NCBI GenBank assembly: GCA_951406725.2
Contig: OX597821.1
Location: 104,036,001 to 104,100,000, forward strand
Direction of reading: 5' to 3'
Source of the DNA: Octopus vulgaris
Lineage: Eukaryota
DNA length: 64,000 nt
Under the pieces are notes generated by a model. It did not search any database, had not been told where the DNA came from, and was given only the letters and a program-made list of their open reading frames with translations. Shown here in pieces: positions 52,264-64,000 of this stretch (its first letter is position 1; the number at the start of each line of letters is the position of its first letter). A program made the position numbers and the translations under genes.

Positions 52264-52705
52264 TGTATATATAAACATATATATATATATATATATATAC
52301 ATGTATATATATATATATATTTACATATATTACAGTTATATTATTATATTATATATATTATATATATGCAAACTTATACACAAACACACACGTACACACG
52401 CGTATATATATATGTAAATATATATATGTATGCAATATAGATACATAAATATTTATAAATATTTATATATACATATATATATATGTATGTGTGGTTATGA
52501 ATATATATATATATATGCGTGTGTGTGTGTGTGTGTGCATGTGTGTGTATATATATTTATATATATGTATATGCAAGAATGTATATGTGTGTTAAGTCTG
52601 TGTCGCTGTATATGTGATTGATTGCGTATATAAATATACATTTCTTTGTATGTACCCATATTCATAAATATATAGTTACATACACACATATATACCTGCA
52701 TACAA

Positions 52706-52765
<60 letters not shown>

Positions 52766-53354
52766 GTAAATATATATATATGGGTATGTGTGTGTATGTA
52801 TGTAAAACAAACGACTTGGGTACCATACACACGCATACAGGCACACGTGCGTACACATATATATGGCGGGTGAGAGCAACAGAAAGAAAGAGGAAAAGGG
52901 AAAGAATGTAAGTGAGGGTAATAGAGAATGGGACAGAGAGAGAAACTGAGTGAGAGAGAGAGAGAGAGAGTGATTGTGAGAGAGAGAGAATTAGAATGAG
53001 AGCAACAAGGAAATATATCGGAATTGGCAAAAACAGAAACATTGGAACACCGTTGTGAATAACTTAGAGTGTTTATTTTCGTATTAGTTTTATTTCAAAT
53101 ACTGCAGAGGTCGACCTTGCTTTCATCCATTCTTCAATTTTCGCCACTATAATGAGGTCGATTCAATTATCTAGACCCCTCCTCTGCGAAATTCATCATT
53201 GTGAATAGTGAAAGGTCTTCTGTAAACACACACATACAGATACATATGCACCTACAGAGACACACAAACGTGCATAAAACATAGATGCACGCAATTATTG
53301 ATGTATGCTCACGCATACCCGTGTACATGTATACATTTATAAATCATCTAACTT

Positions 53355-53428
<74 letters not shown>

Positions 53429-53699
53429 AATCTATCCGTCTATCTGTGTGTCTATCTATCTACCTATCCATCTACATATCTGTCTATCTATCTACCTATC
53501 TATTTATCTATATCTATCTATCTATCTATCTATCAGTGTATCGATCTAGGTTTTTATCTATCTATTTGTCTATCTATCTATCGCTATATATACAAATGTA
53601 TATCGATCCACATACACACCCTGAAACATGTGTGAGTACGCATATATATAATATATATATATATATATATACACACATACATATATATATATGTATACG

Positions 53700-53758
<59 letters not shown>

Positions 53759-54130
53759 TAATCTGCTTATATGAATATGTATATGTGTTTGCATACATAC
53801 ATAGCTATCTATCTATCTTTCTGTCTGTCTGTCTGTCTGTCTGTCAATCTGTCTATTTGTTTGTCTGTCTGTTTGTCTCAGTGCCTCTCTCTCTCTCTCT
53901 TTCTCAATTTCATCCTTCTCTTCTACATATGTAGATCATGTGAACGGATATAATGGACACCACAACAATACAATGCAATCAATACATACATACATAGGTA
54001 CATACATGCATACATACATATAAATACACACACACATATATACATATAGATAGATAAATAGATACATGCATAAATATGATTGCAGGCGTGTTTGTATGCA
54101 ATGTATTGTGTATGTGTCGAAGTGTATGTG
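51575..54130. repeat. Extended compound microsatellite / low-complexity tract (TA, TG, GA, TATC)
   Basis: Direct reading. Confidence 0.9.
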
Positions 54131-55044
54131 TATAACAGTGATAGAGAACATTAGATGGAAATTCTGAAACTCAAATCAATATTCGAAAAACCACAAAAGG
54201 AAATAAATCATCACGTGATATAGTAACCATGCTAAAAATAATATATAAACAGTGAAACAGAATGAGAATTCCTTTGTTGTTAGAAGACAGAAAGTCCACA
54301 TGAAACAAACCGAAGGAATGGCATTGATCTCGGCTTTCATTTATAACCAAAATAATTCGTATTTCAGTAACTTGTGTTAGCAGATTGACTTTTTTCTGCC
54401 CATGTATTAAATTATATTGCCTGCTACCTCGACAAGACTTTCCTTGGCTATTTTATGTAAGTTTAGAAAGTAATGAAGTAATAATATATTCGTGGTATTT
54501 ATTTGTATGTAAGTATTTTTGTTGCAGAGTAAGTGAAGTGTAGTGTGAGAGCAGTAGAATACCAAGGTGATTGGATGGTAGTGACTCATCTATTTTCTAC
54601 AAACTTAAAAGCTGTACTAACGGCTATTGTTATTGCTTGTCTATTGAGCTTGTGTCTATGTGAACCTAATAACGATTTCTTTTCACCAAGAAGCTGGCCA
54701 ATTTCTGTGAAGGCGCCAGTGTATTAATAGCACTTATCGACTTAATATGAAAGTATAAAACCCTCTTCGGTGGTGCTTCAACGTTAAATTGTAAAGGGTT
54801 CGTATTAAAACTTGATTTAAACCATTGCCACACAGACACCAAATTTTCGTTATCTTCAAATAATAATGTAATCGATTTAAATGACCTCAGTACCTGACTG
54901 GAATATATTTGATTGACCCTGGCTGAAAAAAATAAAAGAAGGAATTAATAGACGGTTGGCATCTTAAGAATTTAGAAAGTTTGAGGGGACAGGAAATAAT
55001 TCTTTTTTAATAGTCGAACTCGAACGAAGTGGAAATGCTATAAA

Positions 55045-55260
55045 TAATCCTTTCTTTTATTGGTACAAGGGCTGATTTTTGCGGAGAGGGTAAATCGATT
55101 ACATCAGCCCCAGTGCGCAACTGGTGCTTAATTTATCGACCCCGAGAAGATGAATGATAAAATCTACGTCGGTGGAATATGAACTCAGAACGAAAAGACA
55201 AACGAAATGCCGCTAAGCATTTTGTTTGAAAATGTTAAATATTCTACCAACGCATCACCT
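55045..55260 (-). mobile_element. Degenerate SINE family A copy
   Basis: tcgattacatcagccccagtgcgcaactggtgcttaatttatcgacccc...gaactcagaacg. Confidence 0.75.
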
Positions 55261-56585
55261 TAGAATTGGTATATATATAATGGCGTCCAAATATTGGGTT
55301 AAAATACCTTTAGATAGAACACAAAACGAATTCAAATTCTTCAGTCCAAAGTCTTTTTTAATCCAATGTTTACACGCTATTATTTATAGTTTTTCCATTT
55401 CGAGTCCACCATTAAATATGAGTTATTTCACCACTTGATTAATTGAACTCAAAATGGAATCATGTTGTACCGTGCAATACCAGTTTTGTTATTTATTCTC
55501 TATTAAATGTTGCTGCTTAACCCCGATTCATTTCACAAATAGTTTACTCATAAAGAAATGTGTTCCAGCAATAATGATCTTGTCGTTTATATCCTATATC
55601 TATAACTGCATAATTTAATGTCTTTCTAAAGACGGCAAACTGCTATTTCTAGTAGACGGTGCAACTCTGTATAGTCTACAAAATAGATTCACACTTTACC
55701 TTGAGGAAGGAAATGTATACAACTAGATTATTTCATACTTTTCAGATTTTCATAATGTAAAAGCATTATAGACAATTTACTTTCTGCGCAAACACTTCTG
55801 TTAGTTATGCGTTGGAAAATTCTCAGAAGTATAGCATAAGTTTCACCAATTAAGATTTATTACTGTATTTCGACGATCGGAAAGCGTCATTTGATCGCTT
55901 TTATCGCAGACTTTTTGAATAACCTATTCATATGACTGTATCGTGAAAAAGATATTTTAAATGTAAAAATTATTCAATAGCTAAGTAAATGGAATAAACC
56001 TTTCTTCATATCACGTCACTCAACAACGTTGGCTGTCAACGCAGACATATTATTCATCTGTAATATATATAAATACGGAATTTCGTGACATTGTTTGAAA
56101 GCGATTCTTTGAAAAGTGACTTTGTGTTGATAACTGGTTATATATTATTCGCTGTTATAAATTATTTCTGCCGCAAAAGATGGTATTATTAAAATGTGGC
56201 AAAACTGTCATTAATAGATTATGCATTCAATCTAACTTTCCTTAAGTAGTATTTAAAAATATCCCATACAATCTTAGATGAAAGCACTATGTCCAATATA
56301 GACTTGATACACAAGTAGTTGTTAAATGTAACCAATATGGCCTGAGAGATGAAATTAAACTTTGGGTCATTTCCGTATGAAATTTCCGAAACGGACTTAC
56401 ATACAATGATACAAAAGAAAAAGAATAAACAAAAACAAAAACAATTTTCTACAGTTCTCTCTATTTGATACATCTACTTTATCATGGCCAATGACATACA
56501 CACGATTTCTGACATATAATATGGGTGGGAACTTTATTTTCTGGCGGCGAACAGTAGCCAGTAGATTGGTACCGCTGCTACTGTT

Positions 56586-56843
<258 letters not shown>

Positions 56844-56844
<1 letters not shown>

Positions 56845-57510
56845 GCTCTGTACAGGACAAAGCTTTGTCCACCTAACTGGAGCATCCCTGCTGTGCTGTG
56901 TCTGTAATAGATTGGATGAAACCATGGTTCATATCACGAACAAATACCTTAGACTTGCCCGAAACCATTACAAGTTGTGGTAACACGATCAGGTAGCGAA
57001 TGTTCTTCATTAGAAACTGCGAAAAGTTGGGGTTAGTGGGTGGCAAGACGTTGTATGAGCACAAACCGCGGAGAGTGGTTTACCAATCAAAACAGATCAG
57101 TTGCTAGAGCATAACAGACTGGACCTAGTGGTGCACAGCTTATTCTATATAGTTGATGTTGCGTGGCCTTTTGACCCACGAATGATCAAACAGAAAGGCG
57201 AAGAGAGAGAAATAAATGCAACCCTATAAATTGATAGCCCGGCTATGGAAAATGCAGAAGGCGAATAGAATGCCAAATATTGTTGGGTGCCTGGGAACAG
57301 TACCAGAAAACATCAAGGGGAATATAAAGGAAATCGGAATAGTGTGCCAATGGAAATGTTATAAAAGTTTTGCCTCCTTTGCAAGGCCAGAATAATCAGG
57401 AAACAATTAGCTGAAAAGAGCGGATAGCATGGTACCGTAGGCTGTAAATAGCAAGTCCGCTACGCAGTCAAGGTTCCAAGAGCTCCAGGAAACCTGCGAT
57501 AAAGAGAAAA
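56844..57510 (+). mobile_element. Degraded R4/Dong-clade LINE 3' end embedded in (TAA)n
   Basis: CCVCNRLDETMVHI, HDQVANVLH, YEHKP, LEHNRLDLVV, IVDVAWPFD, IVGCLGTVP, ARIIRKQL; (AAT)n on both sides. Confidence 0.78.
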
Positions 57511-57600
57511 TAATAATAATAATAATTATAATAATAATAATAATAATAGTAGCAATAATAATAATAGGAAGAAGAAGATGAAATGAGATATCTGTCATTT

Positions 57601-57648
<48 letters not shown>

Positions 57649-57699
57649 AAAGACTAAGAAAAGATGGCAGAATTTTAGGAACTGTATATATCATTATAT

Positions 57700-58547
57700 A
57701 CAAGTTTCGGGTTAAACTTGACGATATTTGTCGCATTTTTTCTGGAAGTGCTTCATGTGTTGGTGAACAGTCCATGGTTATGAGAAGCATGAATATTGAA
57801 GCTGTTGTTAAGAGAAACGTTAGTTGACATGGAGGACTGGAAGTCCTCTGAATATTGGAGAAAAATACCTGTTTTATGAGGATTCGCGCCGGCCATCAGA
57901 ATGCCGAAATCTAGATTGCTTCTGAATATACTGTGAACAATTTGAAGGCTATAAGACATGACATGGACAGCTGCAGAGATGGACACACTAGAAATTATGC
58001 GTTCGTATGCTTGGATTCATCCCCATATCTTTGAACAAACCCTTATGCTCAAGTAGGAAGGCTATGTGAAGCTGCTGGAGACAGTGGTTAATCTCATCCT
58101 GGAGAAAGTTGCTGCTGGAAGTTCAACTGTTTGACAGCAGAAAAGAGTCAGAAGTACTTGCTGAAGAATTTCTATGACGTCACCAGCCCCAAATTCTAGC
58201 CGCCTAAAATTCGTGATTGTAGCCTCACGGATTACTATGTGTGGGGCGTGCTTGAGAAAGACACAAACTCCCCTGTCTGCGACATCAAGGCCGAGCTGGT
58301 GACCAAAACTAAGGATGGGTGCAAAACTCCTCCCACAAAATACACCGAGGAACGCATGTTCCAGGTTCCAGGGCCTTCTTTGGTTCGTGGTGGAAGCTGA
58401 GGGCGACTGCTTTGCGGTACCTGATATTTCTCGACAAAAGTCTACTTGATATGCTTTGATTTTCTAAAATACTTTAATCTTTGAATAGAATTCTGTATAT
58501 TTTTTTCCTTTTATGCAAACTGTCTAATTTCGACCGAACAACCCCTG
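57700..58547 (+). mobile_element. Degraded, internally deleted maT (DD37D)-like transposon
   Basis: KF*PPKIRDCSLTDYYVWGVLEK (WPPNSPDxNPLDYYVW-like); right TIR ...cgaccgaacaacccctg|ta. Confidence 0.7.
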
Positions 58548-58989
58548 TAAACCTATAGCTTAGAAGCAGTGCAAAAACGCCGCCACTAATGACGAGGTCT
58601 GAAGCGCCAGAAATTTTGACACTGTATTACAAACATTAACTGTTAAATGAAGTTAACAGTATTTGAATATTTCTGAACGATCAATATGTGCCTACCATGT
58701 TACAATCTTTACGTAATATTTCCTTCATTGCTGCTGGGATTTCTACGAAGATTTTAAAACATTGAAATCCCAAGTTGTATTAAAATTATCTTCGCTTGTA
58801 AACAAACCACTGACGATATTCACGTTTTCCTTCTTGCCATGTACATATATCTGTGTCTCGCATTACCTATGACGATTTGTTTTTTCTCTCTCTCTCTCTC
58901 TCTCTCTCTGTCCCTGTGACTATCTCTTTGCGTGTCTCTCTCATTCTCTGACTATCGCTTCTACGTTCTTTCTACAGTTTTCTCATATA

Positions 58990-59152
58990 GGCGCAGGAGT
59001 GGCTGTGTGGTAAGTAGCTTGCTTACCAACCACATGGTCGCGGGTTCAGTCCCACTGCGTGGCATCTTGGGCAAGTGTCTTCTGCTATAGCCCCGGGCCG
59101 ACCAATGCCTTGTGAGTGGATTTGGTAGACGGAAACTGAAAGAAGCCTGTCG

Positions 59153-59191
<39 letters not shown>

Positions 59192-59410
59192 TTGTGTGTC
59201 TGTGTTTGTCCCACTAGCATTGCTTGACAACCGATGCTGGTGTGTTTACGTCCCCGTCACTTAGCGGTTCGGCAAAGGAGACCGATAGAATAAGTACTGG
59301 GCTTACAAAGAATAAGTCCCGGGGTCGATTTGATTGACTAAAGGTGGTGCTCCAGCATGGCCGCAGTCAAATGACTGAAACAAGTAAAAGAGTAAAAGAG
59401 TAAAAGAGAG
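58990..59410 (+). mobile_element. Full-length SINE family B (tRNA-derived, CORE-like)
   Basis: Head ggcgcaggagtggctgtgtggtaag...gggttcagtccc; tcttgggcaagtgtcttc; internal (TA)(TG)n; tail (agtaaaag)3. Confidence 0.95.
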
Positions 59411-59639
59411 TATTCTGCTCACTTTACCTTTCCCTTTCTCATATCCTCACCATTTCTCATCCTCTCCCCCCTCTCTCTCCCTTTCTGTGTCTCGTTCTGA
59501 ATCTTTCCGAGAATGTGTAAGACACTCTGGGCAAACGCGTTTGAAGATAATACAACAATGTATAAAATGGAATTTTTAGAAGATTCGTGCTTATATACTT
59601 TAAAATAAACACTATAAATTCGCTGTTACAAACCGAATA

Positions 59640-59736
59640 ATGACGAGGTTTAAGATGAAGATGATGACTATGATGATGATGATGATTATAATGACGGCAG
59701 TTTTAGTAGTAGTAATAATAATGCTGCTGCTGGTGG

Positions 59737-59768
<32 letters not shown>

Positions 59769-59781
59769 ATACTACTACTAC

Positions 59782-59818
<37 letters not shown>

Positions 59819-59841
59819 GTTATTATTATTATTATTATTAT

Positions 59842-59897
<56 letters not shown>

Positions 59898-59930
59898 ATG
59901 ATAATAATAATAATAATAATATTAATAATA
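59640..59930. repeat. Compound trinucleotide microsatellite (GAT/TAC/TAT/TAG/AAT)
   Basis: Direct reading. Confidence 0.95.
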
Positions 59931-60404
59931 GACTGTGAGTATTCAATTTGTGACTTTGTGGTTTGCAAGTACATTTGTCTTTATACGCATGCGTACATGT
60001 TTTAAATATATATAGTCTCTGAATTACAATGTCTATTACCAGATATTTCCAGAAAAATCACTGGACGATTGAAACTAATCTGTTATCTTAAAAAGTTAGA
60101 CACTAAGGCAACACTACATTCGTTCTGGGAACGTTTCTGTGTTGCATTTGGGAGTTGATAACTGCAGTAATTCTTATAATGTTGCACATAAATTATTAAA
60201 TTATTTCCATTCAGCGATTGCAACAAATTCGTTTGAGGCAAAACTTTTCGTCGGTGAATAGGTCGCAGTTTCGATCTACAAATAAACTTCTCAGGGAATT
60301 TGACGTACTATATGCGCTTCTGCCTGACTAAATTATGTCTTCCGCGCAGAAATAGCTTTAATTTCAGCACATAAACACGTATCGAAACACTTGCTATTCA
60401 AGTT

Positions 60405-60567
60405 AGGCACAGCTTTGGTTGAGTGATAAGAAGCTGGCTTCGAAACCCATGGTTTCGTGTTCAGTCCCACTGCAGGGCAACTTGGGCAGGTGTCTTCTAC
60501 TACAGCCTCGGACAGACCAAGACCACGTGGATGGATTTGGTCGACGGTAACTAAAAAAAGATCGTCG

Positions 60568-60568
<1 letters not shown>
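60405..60568 (+). mobile_element. 5' half of SINE family B
   Basis: gtgttcagtcccactgcagggcaacttgggcaggtgtcttc. Confidence 0.75.
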
Positions 60569-60637
<69 letters not shown>

Positions 60638-60821
60638 AAATAACAAAATGGAGGAATAGATTTCTTTCAATCATCAAATTCCAGATAATACCAATTCATA
60701 TAATTTATTAACTAATTACTTAGATTAAATAGGAACATCCAAATCCTACAGAAGAAGATAGAATAAAACAATATACATCAATAAGTAAGATAATACCATA
60801 AGAATAATACATATAAAATGG

Positions 60822-60951
60822 ATCTTACAGCTGTTTCAGCCTGTAGATAAGAGTATCTCATTATGCCAATATTAGTCAGATGCATTGAGGTAATATGCAG
60901 TTAAAAATGAGTTACTTATATATATATATATCTCAAGGCCTCGTCAGAGAT
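60822..60951 (-). ncRNA. Hammerhead ribozyme with canonical core and ~100-nt extended stem II
   Basis: atct-CTGACGA-ggcct...aggct-GAAAC-agct-GTA-agat; palindromic AGCT loop on stem III. Confidence 0.75.
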
Positions 60952-61574
60952 TATAAAGTACAATTATAAAGATATAAAATGAAGATATAAAATGCTACAA
61001 AGTCTACACAGACTTAGCTTTGTTGTCTCACTTTATTTAACATATACAAACTCACGCAAGACCCGCATTAAACTCCTCACTCGTATTATTATCGAACCGG
61101 GAGACTAACTACGTGCTTTCCGTAGCACTTACATAGCCTCACCTACCATCTTTGATCTCCTGGACACCGTCCTTGAATGCTCGAAATGAGGAGTAGATAG
61201 AAAACCGACAACTGGTGATGGGTCCTTTCTCCCTGTTTACTTGTCCTGTTTTCCATTTACGTTGTTCACGTATTTACCTCGTCTGCTAAATTTAGGTCTC
61301 GACAGACAGACAGGATGTTCTTGAAGCAGGGAATGTGAAATTACGGAAACAATATTTATATATCGCCTGAGGAAACAGAAGTAGATCCCATAATGCAGGG
61401 GACCAGTTGCATAATCAAGTACATGCACTATATTGCGTGGAACAATTGTAGTGATTAGAAAATAAATGTCCAAACGTAATCCTTCTTGCTGACACCAAAT
61501 TTTTTCAGCTATCTATTCACACCTGAGAAATGCCCAAAGTCAAACATGGAAATACGTATGATACTACTAATGAT

Positions 61575-61969
61575 GGATGGATGGAAGCACTCCGTCGGTT
61601 CCGACGACGAGGGTTCCGGTTGATCCGATCAACAGAACAGCCTGTTTGTGAAATTAACGTGTAAGTGGCTGAGCACTCCACAGACACGTGTACCCTTAAC
61701 GTAGTTCTCGGGGATATTCAGCGTAACACAGAGAGTGACAAGGCCGGCCCTTTGAAATACAGGTACAACAGAAACAGGAAGTGAGAGAGAGAGAGAGAGA
61801 GTTGTGGTGAAAGAGTACAGCAGGGATCACCACCATCCCCTGCCGGAGCCTCGTGGAGCTTTAGGTGTTTTAGCTCTCAATAAACACTCACAACGCCCGG
61901 TCTGGGAATCGAAACCGCGATCCTACGACCGCGAGTCCGCTGCCCTAACCACTGGGCCATTGCGCCTCC
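61575..61969 (-). mobile_element. Full-length tRNA-derived SINE family C with 12-bp TSD
   Basis: A box TGGCCCAGTGG, B box GTTTCGATTCC, (CCAT)n tail; TSD actactaatgat at 61563-61574 and 61970-61981. Confidence 0.92.
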
Positions 61970-62841
61970 ACTACTAATGATAACACAAGGTGAAATCAGA
62001 AGGTAGATGAGATATTCTTAAAACTATATATATATATATATATACATATATATATGCGCGCGCGTGTGTATTAAGCAATGGTCTTTGATAACAACCTGGC
62101 GTTGAATATAAAACAATATGACATATAGATGGCATTGGTATTTCAGCTCCTCTACTTCTGAAGCGTTTGCTCCCGTTTCTTTTCAGCTTTCGCTTTCCCA
62201 GTTTTAAAGAGGCATCTGTCTTCAAAATATATATCCGCTATATCGTAAATCTACAATGGTTCTATAACCCTCGTCTCGGCTATGAGGTTGGAACCCTGGT
62301 AATCTGTTACACCACTTACCCAGCGTACCTAGTCGTTTACATCATCTGTTAACTAAACCCCTATACTACATATATATATATATATAGTAACAAAAGGTAA
62401 AATCAATTAATTAACTAGTAATCAATAGTTTCACCAAGTAGAATTCGGCATGAAAAGGGACCATTTCTCGGTAAACTTAAGTAATATTTTATCATTAGGG
62501 TTCAACAAAGATTTGCTTTACCACATACCGAAATTTAGAAATATCAGCCAGAGAACCTCTAATTTCCTCTAATTTATATATATAAATAAATATATATATA
62601 TATATATATAGTATATATATATATATAAATAAATATATATATATATATACTTCGTTTATATATCCCATTTGCAAGACAATTTGTGTGAATTCGTATGTTG
62701 AAACAATGGTTCAATTCCACGTATTTATTAAATATCTGAAAATTTCATCGCTAAAACTCTTTCGTTGTGTGAAATATTTAATCATATTGTGTTTGCTAAT
62801 TATATTGGCATGATGACTCTCCATAGAGACAACAATATATA

Positions 62842-64000
62842 CAGTTGCGGCCAAAATGTTCAGAACGGCATTGTTTTCGCCAGATAAGTTTTTATCAAAG
62901 TTGTTTTGTGTTCTATAATTTTCACATACAATAAATACGATATGAATTGTTATTGTCTGAGGTTTCGGTGTAATTTGAGAGGATAATACAAAAGTTATGG
63001 ATGATTTAGTGATTTACTGCAACGCCCATGACGGCCAAAATGATCAGAACGGTTGAAAAAATAACAAAATAATCAAAAATGACAGAGAATACTGGAATTA
63101 TTTAATACTTAGTGTGAAGCCCTTTAGCTTCAATCACACTTTGACATCTTTGACTGCATGAAGAAATTAAATTTTCAAATTCTTGCTAGGTGATCTTATT
63201 CCATTCTTCCTGAAGGGCATTCCATAATTGCTCGGTTGTTTTAGGATTTCTGGCTTTCGAACGTTCGCCTAGAATATTCCACACATTTTCAATAGGATTG
63301 AGATCTAGGCTTTGAGCAGGCCAAACCATAATAATAACCTTTTCAGCCTTGAGGAAGTTCATGACCACCTTAGCCTTGTGACATGGGGGATTGTCCTGCA
63401 TGAATATGGGTGGTCGCTTAGTTGAATTTCTCAGCACAGGCAAGACATAATATTTTACAAGTTGTTCATAAACTCCTGCATTTACCTTTCCGTGTAATCG
63501 CAACAAAGAGCCCACACCATCTCCAGATATCATCCCCCAAACCATGACACTTCCTCCACCGAATTTAACACTAGTCTTAAGGCATTTAGGCGACAATTTT
63601 TCACCTACTTTTCAACGAACGTACCTTTTCCCATCTGAGCCAAATAACATAAACTTAGATTCATCACTGAAATGCACTGTTTGCCATTTTTCTTGAGACC
63701 ACAACACATGTTCGATTGCAAAGATAAGACGACAGTTTTTATTTTTGGATCTGATCAGTGGCTTCAATGCAGGTGATCTTGCTTGTAGGTTATGTTCAAT
63801 TAAACGATGGGACACAGTTTTTCGAGATAACGTTTTCTTCAGTACAATGCTCATTTCCCAAGAAACAGCAGCAGCAGTTTTAAATCTGTCTTTTTAACCA
63901 ACTTTACCATAGCACAATCTTCTCTCTTGGTCGTTTTTCTTAGCCTACCTGTAGACTTTCTTGCTTCATACGAAGCACAATCATCGAATACCTTATCAGT
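62842..64000 (-). mobile_element. Tc1-family (DD34E) transposon with IR/DR-type end, runs off the window
   Basis: TA|CAGTTGCGGCCAAAATGTTCAGAACGG terminus; inner direct repeat at 63031-63052. Confidence 0.92.
63102..64000 (-). pseudogene. Tc1 transposase pseudogene
   Basis: VHFSDESKF, KFGGGSVMVWG, IFMQDNPPCH, WPAQSLDLNPIENVW, ends GLHTKY*; premature stops at 63612 and 63186. Confidence 0.93.

Noticed and set aside
59490-59550. Palindrome caaacgcgtttg in an HHR-like context
   Set aside because: Both core halves deviate without compensation
61895-61969. Functional tRNA gene (also 6118-6196 and 24730-24796)
   Set aside because: A and B boxes are present but the cloverleaf stems are incomplete and continue into repeat bodies; these are SINE heads

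Overview
AT-rich, repeat-dense eukaryotic DNA with no recognisable host protein-coding exon. It looks like intronic or intergenic sequence, most likely from an octopus-type cephalopod (inferred from the SINE families and microsatellite load). Most ORFs in the track are microsatellite artefacts. The real coding remnants all come from transposons: CR1-group, RTE and R4/Dong LINE fragments, a Penelope-like (PLE) GIY-YIG endonuclease, mariner, Tc1 and maT transposases, and a Helitron PIF1 helicase. At least three tRNA-derived SINE families and non-autonomous Helitrons are present. The most interesting signal is RNA-level: about 11 type I hammerhead ribozyme (HHR) motifs or remnants, mostly with palindromic stem III regions as in PLEs. 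They include U3-A8 and A3-U8 swaps of the core C3-G8 pair, versions with long stem II inserts, an inverted HHR pair, and an element joining a tRNA-like Pol III head to an HHR. Two LINE/non-autonomous partner pairs with shared 3' tails also sit in this window. All folds and alignments were done by eye and need computational confirmation.
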